Shown here: piece by piece, positions 36,069 through 45,987 of the stretch
Numbering within the stretch: the first letter of the stretch is position 1
How the letters are laid out: each line of letters opens with the position of its first letter
NCBI GenBank assembly: GCA_964435245.1
Contig: CAYSYU010000020.1
Coordinates: 14,071 to 78,070 of the forward strand
DNA: 64,000 nt
Direction: 5' to 3'
DNA from: an uncultured Methylomagnum sp.
GTDB taxonomy: Bacteria; Pseudomonadota; Gammaproteobacteria; Methylococcales; Methylomonadaceae
The notes under the pieces: model-generated
The model's input: the letters and a program-made list of their open reading frames with translations, nothing else
What the model was told of the DNA's origin: nothing
Databases searched by the model: none
Translations under genes and position numbers: made by a program

Positions 36069-37673
36069 TCAAGTTAAATGCCGAAATCCGAGATGCTTGC
36101 AACTGAGCTTACGGACGACTTGCGCCAGGCGGTCGATTTCATCGTAGGTGTTGTAAAAAGCGATTGACGGACGGACCGTCGCTTCCAAACCAAAGCGCCG
36201 TAAAATGGGTTGAGCGCAATGATGACCGGCGCGGACGGCGACTCCCGCTTTATTTAAAGCCGAGCCAACGTCGCTGGTGCTTATTCCAGGCAGTACAAAG
36301 GAAAGTACGCTGGTTTTTTCCTTAGCCGTCCCTATTAAACGGAGTCCCGGAATGCTTTGTAATTTTTCGGTGGCATATGCCAACAGTTCATGTTCATAAT
36401 ACGCTACGTTAGCGATGCCGATCCGACCTAAATACTCCAACGCCGCGGCTAACCCGACCGCATCGGCGATGTTCCCGGTGCCTGCCTCGAATTTGGCCGG
36501 TGCGGGTTGATAAGTGGTGTTTTCAAAGGTAACGTCCTCAATCATGTTGCCGCCGCCCTGCCAAGGCGGGCTTGCCTCCAATAATTCCGCCTTGCCGTAA
36601 AGCGCGCCAATACCGGTCGGCCCGTAGATTTTATGGCCGGAAAAAACAAACCAGTCGCAGTCCAAGGCTTGGACGTCGACAGCTAGGTGCGAGATGGATT
36701 GCGCGCCGTCCAGTAAAACCCTGGCGCCAACCCGATGCGCCAAAGCGATCATTTCCTGTGCAGGCGTAATCGTCCCTAACGCGTTAGAAACGTGGGTAAA
36801 TGAAACCAACTTGGTTTTGCTGTTCAACAGTTGCTGGTATTCGTGCAGTAAAATTTGGCCGCTTTCGTCAACTGGAATTACCCGTAAAACCGCCCCTATT
36901 TCTTTGCACAACTGCTGCCAAGGGACAATGTTGGCATGATGTTCCAGCCAACTGACGATGATTTCATCGCCCGAACCGATATTCTGTTTACCCCAACTTT
37001 GCGCCACCAAATTGATAGCTTCCGTTGAGCCGCGTACGAAAACAACTTCGGCACTGGAACTGGCGTTGATAAAACTGGCCACGGTGTCCCGTGCTTTTTC
37101 ATAAGCGTCGGTAGCGCGCGCCGCCAACTCATGCGCAGCGCGATGGATATTGGAGTTCTCGCGCCGGTAAAATTCGGACAATCGGTCGATAACGGCTTGT
37201 GGTTTTTGCGTTGTCGCGGCATTGTCCAGCCAAGCTAAGGGATAACCGTTTACCTGCTCCTGGAAAATCGGGAAATCCCTGCGGACTGCCTGGACATCGA
37301 AAGGGCGACGCGCCGATACAAAACTTAACGGGGTAAGATCGGTTGTTTGTGAAGGCAAATGGCTGGCGAAATAATAAGTCGGCGCACTTTCTAAAACCGG
37401 GCTTGAAACAGGATTTCGGCTAAATTTTTCAGCGAATGTTGCTAAATCGACATTGACGTGGAGGCCTTCATTTTGAAAGCTATGTTTTATTGCTTTATCC
37501 TGTCCCCAACCATCCAATGAACCGGCAGAGACGGCCTGAACCGGTATCGCTTCTACGTCACCGGGTGGCGTAGAAAAAAATTGGTTCGCCAGCCGATTAA
37601 GCTCGGCTAGGTCGGGCAGGCCAGGGATATCGGGGATAATATTTTTATATCCGTTCAGGTCACTTGTAGTCAT
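36069..37673 (-). CDS. cysteine desulfurase (SufS/group II type) with ~125-aa N-terminal disordered extension = encapsulin cargo-loading domain
   Basis: 534 aa. The class-V aminotransferase core starts near RRDFPIF. The PLP lysine lies in FSGHKIYGPTG and the catalytic Cys in RAGHHCAQP. The Pro/Ser-rich N-terminus contains LNRLANQFF, resembling the conserved LARLANEFF-type motif of family 2A encapsulin desulfurase cargo. The start overlaps the shell-gene stop by 14 nt. Confidence 0.9.
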   Translation of the reverse strand: MTTSDLNGYKNIIPDIPGLPDLAELNRLANQFFSTPPGDVEAIPVQAVSAGSLDGWGQDKAIKHSFQNEGLHVNVDLATFAEKFSRNPVSSPVLESAPTYYFASHLPSQTTDLTPLSFVSARRPFDVQAVRRDFPIFQEQVNGYPLAWLDNAATTQKPQAVIDRLSEFYRRENSNIHRAAHELAARATDAYEKARDTVASFINASSSAEVVFVRGSTEAINLVAQSWGKQNIGSGDEIIVSWLEHHANIVPWQQLCKEIGAVLRVIPVDESGQILLHEYQQLLNSKTKLVSFTHVSNALGTITPAQEMIALAHRVGARVLLDGAQSISHLAVDVQALDCDWFVFSGHKIYGPTGIGALYGKAELLEASPPWQGGGNMIEDVTFENTTYQPAPAKFEAGTGNIADAVGLAAALEYLGRIGIANVAYYEHELLAYATEKLQSIPGLRLIGTAKEKTSVLSFVLPGISTSDVGSALNKAGVAVRAGHHCAQPILRRFGLEATVRPSIAFYNTYDEIDRLAQVVRKLSCKHLGFRHLT

Positions 37674-38577
37674 GGTACTTGCCTATATCGACATTTTCCA
37701 GCACACCCAGGGCATCCTCGGTTAACACGGCCAAAGAGCAATAGAGGGAGACAAGGTAGGATGCAATTGCCTTATGGTTAATCCCCATGAACCGCACCGA
37801 CAGTCCCATGCTTAATTCATCGGTGAGATTAGGCTGAAATAATCCGACTACGCCTTGGCGGCTTTCACCGGTGCGCAACAACAGGATATTGGTTTTATTG
37901 TCGGTAATTTTAAGCTTATCAGTTGGAACCAGCGGGATTCCGCGCCAAGTCAGGAATTGTGAACCAAACAGGGAAACCGTAGGAGGCGGGGTACCGCGGC
38001 GTGTTGCTTCGCGTCCGAAAGCAGCAATCGCGCGGGGATGCGCCAGGAAAAACGCCGGTTCCTTCCAAACCCGGGCGATCAATTCATCCAGGTCGTCCGG
38101 CGTTGGCGCGCCAGCGCGTGTCTGCACTTTTTGCCCTGGCGCCACGTTGTTCAATAAGCCGTATTCAACGTTGTTGATTAATTCGCTTTCCTGCCTTTCT
38201 TTCACGGTTTCAATCGTCAACCGCAACTGTTCATGAATTTGGTTATGCGGGCTGCTGTATAAATCGGCCACGCGGGTATGGACGTCCAGTACCGTATTGA
38301 CAGCATTCAAGCGGTATTCACGCCCCCATTCTTCATAGTCGACATAGGTTTGCGGCAATACCTTTTCATCCAGGCTGGAACAGTCCACCGCTATACTGGT
38401 TTCGCTTTTGACTTTGTTAACCCGGTAAATACCCGCTTCTACAGGCACCCATTGCAACAAGTGAACCAACCACCGTGGTGTGATGGTCCCCATCATCGGC
38501 ACAGTCTTGGTTGCGTTGGATAAGGTACGGGCGGCGACGTCGCCTAGCGCCGTATGCGCTTCATGTATATCAGCCAT
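37660..38577 (-). CDS. family 2A encapsulin nanocompartment shell protein (SrpI-like, no cNMP domain)
   Basis: 305 aa. The N-terminus ...TITPRWLVHLLQWVPVEAGIYRVNKVK and the later DDLDELIARVWKEPAFFLAHPRAIAAFGREATRRG and GIPLVPTDKL match my memory of SrpI-type family 2 shells. The synteny with SAT upstream and extended desulfurase downstream is the published family 2A arrangement. Confidence 0.85.
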   Translation of the reverse strand: MADIHEAHTALGDVAARTLSNATKTVPMMGTITPRWLVHLLQWVPVEAGIYRVNKVKSETSIAVDCSSLDEKVLPQTYVDYEEWGREYRLNAVNTVLDVHTRVADLYSSPHNQIHEQLRLTIETVKERQESELINNVEYGLLNNVAPGQKVQTRAGAPTPDDLDELIARVWKEPAFFLAHPRAIAAFGREATRRGTPPPTVSLFGSQFLTWRGIPLVPTDKLKITDNKTNILLLRTGESRQGVVGLFQPNLTDELSMGLSVRFMGINHKAIASYLVSLYCSLAVLTEDALGVLENVDIGKYHDYK

Positions 38578-38605
38578 TTAAGGTCTCCTAAAGTAAGTTA
38601 AGTAA

Positions 38606-39580
38606 TTAATTCAATTCCGGCCGTTGTAGGTCGGCCGGTTTGCTCGATTGCATCGGGGCAGCCCCGCGCTGTTCCTGATGGGCTTGCGCCTGGGTTATAT
38701 AACTGCCCAGCGGCACACTATGGGTTAGCCAAACATTGCCGCCGATGACCGAACCGGCGCCAATCGTGATCCGGCCTAATAATGTCGCACCAGCATAAAT
38801 CACCACGTTATCTTCAATTACGGGATGACGCGGATAGCCTTTTACCAGCATGCCGTTTTCATCCTCGGTAAACCGCTTTGCCCCCAGGGTCACAGCCTGG
38901 TATAACCGGACATGATTACCAAGGATGGCGGTTTCACCGATCACGACGCCGGTGCCATGGTCTATAAAAAAGCTATTGCCGATTTGTGCGCCCGGATGGA
39001 TATCGATGCCGGTCGCGGAATGGGCGATTTCGGAAATAATGCGGGCAACCAACGGCACGCCAAGCCCGTGTAATACATGCGCCAAACGATAATGCACGAC
39101 AGCGGTAAGCCCTGGGTAACAAACCAGGACTTCATCGATATTGTGGGCGGATGGATCGCCTTCGTATGCCGCTTGTAAATCCGTATCCAACAAGGCCCGT
39201 ATCTCGGGTAATTTGGATGTGAACTGGTGGATAACGGCCTCAGCCTGAATTTCACAATCGGTTTCCAAGCCTTGTTGTTCCGCCGTAAAGACCAGCTCTA
39301 AACGGACTTGCCGATACAGGTCGTTCAAGGCGCCGCTTAAGGTATGGCCGACGAAATAATCGACCGCTTCTGGGCTCAAATCGGGCTTGCCGAGGCGATG
39401 CGGATAAAGCGCGGCGCCCAATTGGTCGACAATGACCGCCAGGATTTTGCGCGATGGTAAACGCGGCGGATGTTCGAGGCGTTTGCGGCTTTCCAGGGAC
39501 TCAAGGCGGAGTTGCCTTAATTCTCCGACACACTGCCCAACACCCCATCGGCTGTCGGTTTTAGAAGTAATTTGGCTCAT
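38606..39580 (-). CDS. cysE: serine O-acetyltransferase (long CysE/SrpH-like form)
   Basis: 324 aa with an SAT N-domain followed by hexapeptide-repeat left-handed beta-helix motifs (GIDIHPGAQIGNSFFIDHGTGVVIGETAILGNHVRLYQAVTLG). Confidence 0.9.
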   Translation of the reverse strand: MSQITSKTDSRWGVGQCVGELRQLRLESLESRKRLEHPPRLPSRKILAVIVDQLGAALYPHRLGKPDLSPEAVDYFVGHTLSGALNDLYRQVRLELVFTAEQQGLETDCEIQAEAVIHQFTSKLPEIRALLDTDLQAAYEGDPSAHNIDEVLVCYPGLTAVVHYRLAHVLHGLGVPLVARIISEIAHSATGIDIHPGAQIGNSFFIDHGTGVVIGETAILGNHVRLYQAVTLGAKRFTEDENGMLVKGYPRHPVIEDNVVIYAGATLLGRITIGAGSVIGGNVWLTHSVPLGSYITQAQAHQEQRGAAPMQSSKPADLQRPELN

Positions 39581-39661
39581 AATTGTGTATACGATTGTAA
39601 GTTATTGGCAAATCAACCTGTAATGGCTTCCCAGTCCTGTTTATAGCAGCAAAATTTTGGG

Positions 39662-39699
39662 CAAAAAAAAGCCAGTGGCCTAGGGCAGGCTCACTGGCT
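39662..39699 (-). terminator. Rho-independent terminator after the hydroxylase::DUF2934 (pseudo)gene, insulating it from the encapsulin operon
   Basis: The minus strand reads AGCCAGTG-loop-CACTGGCT followed by TTTTTTTT. Confidence 0.75.
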
Positions 39700-39759
39700 T
39701 CCGGTTGTCCGGTCAGCAATTTTAGCTTTTCTTTAGTTTCTGCTATTCGATGTCCCCTG

Positions 39760-40803
39760 TCAAGAAAGACTTAATCGGATATCCTGTTTGGTTACGGTCA
39801 ACAACAAATTTGTTGCTTCGTATAGGCGGTTGCCCACCGGTTTATTGCCATAAAGCTGTTTAATGATCTCTTGCTTAGCTTCCAGCCAATCCCGAATCTC
39901 ATGCCCTGGCGAAAAATTACGCTTTTCAGCCCGGTAATAAGCGGCTTCGGCAATCATAGCTTCCAAGGAAGGCATATTTGCTTCTTGCGGCAAAACCGGC
40001 GTTCCGAAAATGAAACCGGCTTTTATCAATCCCCACATATCTTGCGGGAGTGTTTCTTTTATACCGAGTTTTTCGGGTTCTGTTTCGGCAAAGGTATTGA
40101 ATAGGCGATCCCAGATGGAAAGTATTGCACCGTAATTCTTGTCATGCTCTTGCCGTTGCATGGAATGATGCAAACGGTGAAGGTAAGGAACGATAATCAA
40201 GTTTCCCAGCCGCTTTTCTCCCCTAAAAGCCAGGTTGCTGTGATGGAATATCAGGAATACCGTATTGACTGTTTCGTTCAGGAAAACGGTTTCTTCGCTA
40301 AAACCGAACAGGACGATATAGGCCGCTTTGGTCAACGTCATGGTTAAATGGTCCAGTGCATACACCCTAAAAGCGGTCGAAATATTCATCGTCAAATCGC
40401 TATGATGAATGCGGTGGAATTGCCAAAGTCATGGAAACCGGTGACTTGCCCAATGCCAAACGTAAAGCGACAGGTCGAACAACAAGAAAGAGAAAACAGC
40501 TTGCCCCAATGGTGAAAAATACGTGTGCAGAATATGGCTGGAATGATGCTCGGCTAACGCCAACAAGCTCGACAAAGAAACCAGTGATAAGGCGAGATTA
40601 TTGAAAACAAACAAGCCTAAATTTGCCCTATAGGATTGCTGCAAGGTGTTTTTCGGCCATTGCCAAAAAGAAAAGCGACGTTCCGTTATGAAAAAGAAAG
40701 TAAAAACAGCAATCGGCAGAAAAGTCGGCAAGACATTTTCTGCTGAGTTTGAAGCCATAGCGCCAAGCCCTAAAGATGTAGTTACAAAATTTGAATTTAA
40801 CAT
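39760..40803 (-). pseudogene. fatty-acid hydroxylase/sterol-desaturase-family protein fused to C-terminal DUF2934, interrupted by a single in-frame TGA (40429..40431)
   Basis: Track ORFs 40429..40803 and 39760..40395 are in the same frame (both starts are 0 mod 3). Reading through gives ...VWHWASHRFP*LWQFHRIHHSD...HHSNLAF...LHRLHHS..., which are the His boxes. The whole is colinear with the intact paralogue 51844..52917. The DUF2934-like tail is AEAAYYRAEKRNFSPGHEIRDWLEAKQEI. Confidence 0.8.
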
Positions 40804-41109
40804 GACTGCCCCTCAATCCTACCTAAATGGTTACACAGGAATAATGCTTTTAAGCAATGTCATGGAACTTAACCGGGACTATCGAAAAATAGGCGGCATC
40901 GTTCCTTTGTTGGGATCTTATCCAACCTGAAACAGTTAAATAAAACGATAGTTTTTGATTTCGTTATCTGATTGCCGAATAAGTAAAACGTCTTGATTTA
41001 AAACCGCCGGTTATCCCCAAACTCCGGCAAGCTGAGTATTTCAAGTCCTTCAAAAAGCCAGGGATTCACACAGGCTTAATGACAGAAGCCCGGCGGGTGA
41101 GGCAATGCT

Positions 41110-41126
41110 TATCTGAATATCAGATA
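41110..41126. promoter_or_regulatory. 17-bp dyad TATCTGA-ATA-TCAGATA containing a LysR-type T-N11-A box, upstream of yezD
   Basis: Perfect 7-bp arms about 90 nt upstream of the yezD ATG. This is a candidate site for the nearby CysB-like regulator. The assignment is inference only. Confidence 0.3.
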
Positions 41127-41216
41127 TAAATATCGAATAATATCGTTTAGTTTTAAATAAGGGTTGCCTTAAGATTGCTTCCGAACACATGCTATCCCCC
41201 GGTTTTGGAGCAGTAA

Positions 41217-41408
41217 ATGACCTTTGAAAAAAATTATTTCGGAAAAGACCATCGCATAAACGATATCAGCGAACAGATTGCCTTGGCGGTAAATGGGATA
41301 CGCTTCGGTTCGGTCGAAATTATTATCCACGACGGTAAGGTCGTGCAAATCGAACGGAAAGAAAAGCTGCGCTTCGAAAACAGGGCGGCACTGAATACAA
41401 AATCTTAG
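41217..41408 (+). CDS. yezD: YezD-family small protein (DUF2292), typical of sulfur-assimilation operons
   Basis: 63 aa with GGAG 8 nt upstream. The core IRFGSVEIIIHDGKVVQIERKEKLRF matches the YezD/DUF2292 pattern as I remember it. Confidence 0.7.
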   Translation: MTFEKNYFGKDHRINDISEQIALAVNGIRFGSVEIIIHDGKVVQIERKEKLRFENRAALNTKS

Positions 41409-41531
41409 TTCTACCGTACCTACGGTGAATAACCTCAACAATTTTAACCTTGGGCTGACCGGATCGCTGGAAGTCATCACGGAAAATAAACTTTAATAAA
41501 CGGAACGATCCATTCAGTTCAAGGGGAAGAG

Positions 41532-43028
41532 ATGAAGCAAACAATAAATAAGACATGGGCATCGAGCCTATTCGGGGTTTTCCTGGTATTGCCGGGACTC
41601 ACGAATGCCGAGGATTATTATCGTCCAACGCTGGGTTACCGGGTTGATCCGCAAAGGGATCCGCCGCCCTACGTGCGAAATTTAAGCACCACCCAATTTG
41701 AGCAGTTCCGGGATATCGATTGGCTGGACGTTGGGTTAGAGCACCGTACCCGTTTCGAATATCGGGAAAACGATTACCGGCCCACACCTACTGGTTCGAC
41801 TAGCAGCACCGATTACCGAGCTGATCCGGACAGCCTTTGGCTATTACGCACCCGGGCTTACTTGGGGGTGCATGATATTCTTGATCCTTTACGCTTTGCC
41901 GTCGAATTTCAGGATTCGCGCAGCTACAACGGGCTCTATGAAAGAAATACCAATGACGTCAATGAATTCGAATTGATACAAGGTTATGCCGAACTTTATT
42001 TCAAGGATTTGTTAGGCCAAAACCGTCCGTTAAGCATCCGTGCCGGACGTCAACACCTGGAATTACTCGACCGCCGGTTAATGGCAAATAACGAATTTCG
42101 TAATACCACCAATAACTTCGAAGGCTTTCGTGTACGTTTCGGTAAGAAACAAAACGACTGGGATCTGGATACATTTGCCTTACAACCCATCGAGCGTTTG
42201 AAATATGAATTCGACCGCGCGGATGAACGCACATGGATATACGGTGGCGTCTTAAGCATTCGGAAATGGTCGGATTTTATCACTATCCAGCCCTATTTCC
42301 TGGGGCGTAAAGTCAATGGGGATCCGTTTAATAAGGCGAATAGCACGCCGGTTACAGAGCAAGATATTTATGCGCCAGGTGTAAGGGTTTATGGCCTTAT
42401 CGGAGATAGCGGATTCGATTTCGATGCCGACATCAATAAGCAGTTTGGCCGGGTAGGTACCGTCAAAGATGGTAAACAAATCATGCAACAACATGATGCT
42501 TTGGCCTATGACATTGAACTGGGATATACCTTGGATCATGAATGGAAGCCGCGTTTCAGTGTGTTTTACGGTTACGGAACCGGCGACAAAAACAGCAAGG
42601 ATAACATCAACAACCGTTTCGATTCCTTCTACGGCTTTAATCAGCCCTGGTCGCGTAATGATTATTTTTCCTGGGACAATATCCATGCACCTAAGGCAAG
42701 GGTTGAATTCCAGCCTTACAAAGATGTCCGCGTTGATACGGGTTATAACGCCTATTGGCTGCAAAGCGAGACCGACGGTTTCAGGCGGGCGAATTTACGT
42801 GACAAGGACGGCAAAAGCGGCAGTTTCATCGGCCATGAATTCGACATCCGGATGCGGCACCACCTGAACCCCTATGTGGATTGGAGCTTAAGTTATGCGC
42901 GTTTTGAACCCGGCAATTTCACCCGCTCGTTCAATAATGATGTAGGTGGCCCGTTCACCAGTCAAGCCAGCAACTTCTTCTATTTTGAAGTTTCGTTGAA
43001 CGCGTTCGGCGACGGCAAGATTAACTAA
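41532..43028 (+). CDS. outer-membrane beta-barrel porin, alginate-export (AlgE-like) family; probable anion/sulfate porin
   Basis: 498 aa with signal peptide ...LPGLTNA. Alternating aromatic-rich strands run throughout. The N-terminal LEHRTRFEYREN and other Alginate_exp-like features support the call, as does its position directly upstream of sbp-cysTWA. Confidence 0.6.
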   Translation: MKQTINKTWASSLFGVFLVLPGLTNAEDYYRPTLGYRVDPQRDPPPYVRNLSTTQFEQFRDIDWLDVGLEHRTRFEYRENDYRPTPTGSTSSTDYRADPDSLWLLRTRAYLGVHDILDPLRFAVEFQDSRSYNGLYERNTNDVNEFELIQGYAELYFKDLLGQNRPLSIRAGRQHLELLDRRLMANNEFRNTTNNFEGFRVRFGKKQNDWDLDTFALQPIERLKYEFDRADERTWIYGGVLSIRKWSDFITIQPYFLGRKVNGDPFNKANSTPVTEQDIYAPGVRVYGLIGDSGFDFDADINKQFGRVGTVKDGKQIMQQHDALAYDIELGYTLDHEWKPRFSVFYGYGTGDKNSKDNINNRFDSFYGFNQPWSRNDYFSWDNIHAPKARVEFQPYKDVRVDTGYNAYWLQSETDGFRRANLRDKDGKSGSFIGHEFDIRMRHHLNPYVDWSLSYARFEPGNFTRSFNNDVGGPFTSQASNFFYFEVSLNAFGDGKIN

Positions 43029-43117
43029 TTGTTAATTATCGACAGGAATATAAGTTCCATTACTAAATCTATGGCTGTTATGGATATAAGCAAACTAACC
43101 ACTTACAAGGTAAGACA

Positions 43118-44125
43118 ATGATCAAATCAAAGTTAATTCAAATTTTAGTAAGCAGTATTGCCCTTTTGTTGAGTACGGAAGTTCTCGCTGAAAGGACGAT
43201 ACTCAATGTATCTTACGATCCGACCCGCGAACTGTACAAGGAATATAACGGGCTATTCAAGAAACATTGGAAAGAGCAACACAACGAAGACATCGACATC
43301 CAACAGTCGCACGGTGGCGGGGGCAAACAAGCCCGCGCTGTTATAGACGGCCTGGAGGCCGATGTGGTGACGTTGGCTGTCGCATTCGATATCGACCAAC
43401 TCTATAGCAAAGTCCGTTTGATTCCCGAAAACTGGCAAAGTTTGCTGCCAAACAACAGCTCGCCTTATACCTCGACGATCGTCTATGTTGTCCGTAAAGG
43501 GAACCCAAAGCAAATCAAGGATTGGGTCGACTTGACCAAAGAAGGCGTGAGCGTGGTGACGCCCAACCCTAAAACCTCGGGTGGCGCCCGCTGGAACTAT
43601 TTGGCTGCCTGGGCTTATGCCTTAAAGCACAACAATAACAGCGAAGATGCGGCAAAAGCCTTTGTCGGTAAGCTTTTTAAGAACGCCGCCGTCCTGGATA
43701 CCGGCGCACGCGGTTCGACTACCAGTTTTATCGAGCGCGGTATCGGCGATGTCTTGATAACCTGGGAAAACGAAGCGTATTTAATTTTGAACGAATTCGG
43801 CGCGAATAAGTATGAAGTCATTACCCCTTCATTCAGCATCCTTACCGAACCTCCGGTAGCTGTGGTTGAAAAAGTCGCCAAGAAAAACGGCAACCTCGAT
43901 CTCGCCCAGGAATATCTAAAATATCTCTACAGTCGCGAAGCGCAAGAAATCATCGCCCTTAACCATTACCGCCCGACCGATAAAGAAGTCGTCGCCAAAT
44001 ACGCCAAGCAATTTCCCGAATTGGAATTGACAACGGTTGCCCAGTTGGGCGGATGGAACGAAGTGCAAAAAAAGCATTTCGCCGATGACGGCATATTCGA
44101 CCAGATATACGACCAAGGTAAATAA
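43118..44125 (+). CDS. sbp: sulfate/thiosulfate ABC transporter substrate-binding protein
   Basis: 335 aa. [21 protein letters not shown]...[33 protein letters not shown] is closely colinear with E. coli Sbp/CysP. Confidence 0.95.
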   Translation: MIKSKLIQILVSSIALLLSTEVLAERTILNVSYDPTRELYKEYNGLFKKHWKEQHNEDIDIQQSHGGGGKQARAVIDGLEADVVTLAVAFDIDQLYSKVRLIPENWQSLLPNNSSPYTSTIVYVVRKGNPKQIKDWVDLTKEGVSVVTPNPKTSGGARWNYLAAWAYALKHNNNSEDAAKAFVGKLFKNAAVLDTGARGSTTSFIERGIGDVLITWENEAYLILNEFGANKYEVITPSFSILTEPPVAVVEKVAKKNGNLDLAQEYLKYLYSREAQEIIALNHYRPTDKEVVAKYAKQFPELELTTVAQLGGWNEVQKKHFADDGIFDQIYDQGK

Positions 44126-44257
44126 CCCTAGATTGGCCAAGCCTTCGTGAAGTTTTCTTGGAAACCGGCGCGAAGGCATGGACGGAAAGTCTTTTAGGTG
44201 TGCATACCATACCAATCAATTTTATAAAGTGGACAACCACAGGCGGAAAACTTAACC

Positions 44258-45082
44258 ATGTCACAAAGTCAAATCATGCCGGGATTCAAGCCAGCACTGG
44301 GTTACACCCTGGTTTATCTAAGCCTGGTCGTTCTCATCCCCTTGAGTACCCTGATATTTAAAAGTTTCCAGCTCAGTTGGGAGGATTATGTCGCCATCAT
44401 TACCCATAAGCGCATTATTGCATCATTCCAGGTCAGTTTCGGCAGCGCGCTAATCGCAGCGGGGGTCGCCAGTTTTTTTGGCCTCGTTATTGCTTGGGTG
44501 TTAGTCCGTTATTCATTTGCCGGTCAGAAGTTTTTCGATGCGTTGATCGACCTGCCGTTCGCCTTGCCGACAGCGGTTGCCGGGATCGTGCTTGCCACTA
44601 TTTTTCAACCGGACGGCTTTTTGGGGAATTTATTGCTTGAGGGCTTTGGTATTCAAGTGGCGTTTAAACCGCTGGGGATCGTGGTGGCGCTGATTTTTAT
44701 CAGTATCCCTTTTGTGGTTCGTACTGTTGAGCCGGTGTTGCAGGAATTCGATACTTCCATGGAAGAGGCCGCCGCCAGCATGGGTGCGTCCCGTTTGCAA
44801 ATTTTCAGACAAATCATTTTCCCTAATATTTTTCCTGCCTTGTTGACTGGATTCGCCCTGTCGTTTGCCCGGGGCGTGGGCGAATACGGATCGGTCATTT
44901 TTATTGCCGGCAATTTGCCTTATGTCTCTGAAATCGTGCCATTGTTGATCGTCACCAAGCTGGAACAATACGACATGGAAGGAGCTACGGCGATTGCCTT
45001 AACCATGTTAGTGATTTCATTTGCCTTGTTGCTGGTCATCAACCTGTTGCAGCAATGGGTACGTAAACGTTCAGGACAATGA
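44258..45082 (+). CDS. cysT: sulfate ABC transporter permease CysT (CysU)
   Basis: 274 aa with 6 TM and an EAA loop (EEAAASMGASRLQIFRQIIFP). It is the first permease after sbp. Confidence 0.92.
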   Translation: MSQSQIMPGFKPALGYTLVYLSLVVLIPLSTLIFKSFQLSWEDYVAIITHKRIIASFQVSFGSALIAAGVASFFGLVIAWVLVRYSFAGQKFFDALIDLPFALPTAVAGIVLATIFQPDGFLGNLLLEGFGIQVAFKPLGIVVALIFISIPFVVRTVEPVLQEFDTSMEEAAASMGASRLQIFRQIIFPNIFPALLTGFALSFARGVGEYGSVIFIAGNLPYVSEIVPLLIVTKLEQYDMEGATAIALTMLVISFALLLVINLLQQWVRKRSGQ

Positions 45083-45094
45083 TAGGAGACCCGT

Positions 45095-45958
45095 ATGACA
45101 GCCATAACGCAAGAAATCGGCAATGAGAAAACGTCGGTTACAACCTCAGCTTTACGTGACCCTGATTGGCTAAAGTACGGCCTGATTGCCGTTGGCTTAA
45201 GTTTTATCTTTCTGTTCTTATGCCTGCCCTTAGGGTTGGTAATAGTTCAGGCTTTTTCCAAAGGCGCTGGCGCTTATTGGTCGGGACTGACACAACCGGA
45301 TACCGTGGCGGCTATCAAGTTAACTTTGCTGACCGCTTTGGTGACTGTACCGTTAAATACCGTTTTCGGGATTGCCGCGGCCTGGGCTATAACGCGGTTT
45401 GAGTTCAAGGGGAAAAGCTTCTTAACGACTTTAATCGATTTACCGTTTTCTGTATCACCCGTGATTTCCGGCGTGATTTTCGTTTTGTTGTTCGGTTTGC
45501 AAGGCTTTTTTGGGGAATGGCTAAGCGACCACGATATTAAAGTTATCTTCGCCGTCCCCGGGATTATCCTGGCGACTTTATTCGTCACCTTTCCATTCGT
45601 CGCAAGGCAGCTTATTCCGTTGATGCAGGAAATGGGTGGCGAGGAAGAAGAGGCGGCGTTATCCTTGGGCGCCAGCAGTTGGCGGATGTTGTTCCAGGTC
45701 ACGCTGCCCAACATCAAATGGGCCCTTCTGTACGGCGTATTGCTTTGCAACGCACGGGCAATGGGCGAATTCGGCGCGGTTTCGGTTGTGTCGGGCCATA
45801 TCCGCGGTTTGACCAATACCTTACCGCTACATGTGGAAGTCAGTTACAACGACTACGATGTTGTCGGCGCATTCGCCAGCGCATCGATACTGGCCAGCTT
45901 GGCGATTATCACCCTGGTCTTGAAATCCTTGCTCGAATGGAAACAGGGCATACAGTAA
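45095..45958 (+). CDS. cysW: sulfate ABC transporter permease CysW
   Basis: 287 aa with an EAA loop ([22 protein letters not shown]). It is the second permease. Confidence 0.92.
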   Translation: MTAITQEIGNEKTSVTTSALRDPDWLKYGLIAVGLSFIFLFLCLPLGLVIVQAFSKGAGAYWSGLTQPDTVAAIKLTLLTALVTVPLNTVFGIAAAWAITRFEFKGKSFLTTLIDLPFSVSPVISGVIFVLLFGLQGFFGEWLSDHDIKVIFAVPGIILATLFVTFPFVARQLIPLMQEMGGEEEEAALSLGASSWRMLFQVTLPNIKWALLYGVLLCNARAMGEFGAVSVVSGHIRGLTNTLPLHVEVSYNDYDVVGAFASASILASLAIITLVLKSLLEWKQGIQ

Positions 45959-45987
45959 GCGCATAAATCAAATTTGAGGCAATCCCC

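Noticed and set aside
40429-40431. Selenocysteine (UGA recoding) in the hydroxylase::DUF2934 gene
   Set aside because: The paralogue has Ala rather than Cys at this site. The downstream hairpin has the wrong spacing and loop for a bacterial SECIS. No selenoprotein of this family is known to me. It is kept only as a low-probability alternative in the finding.
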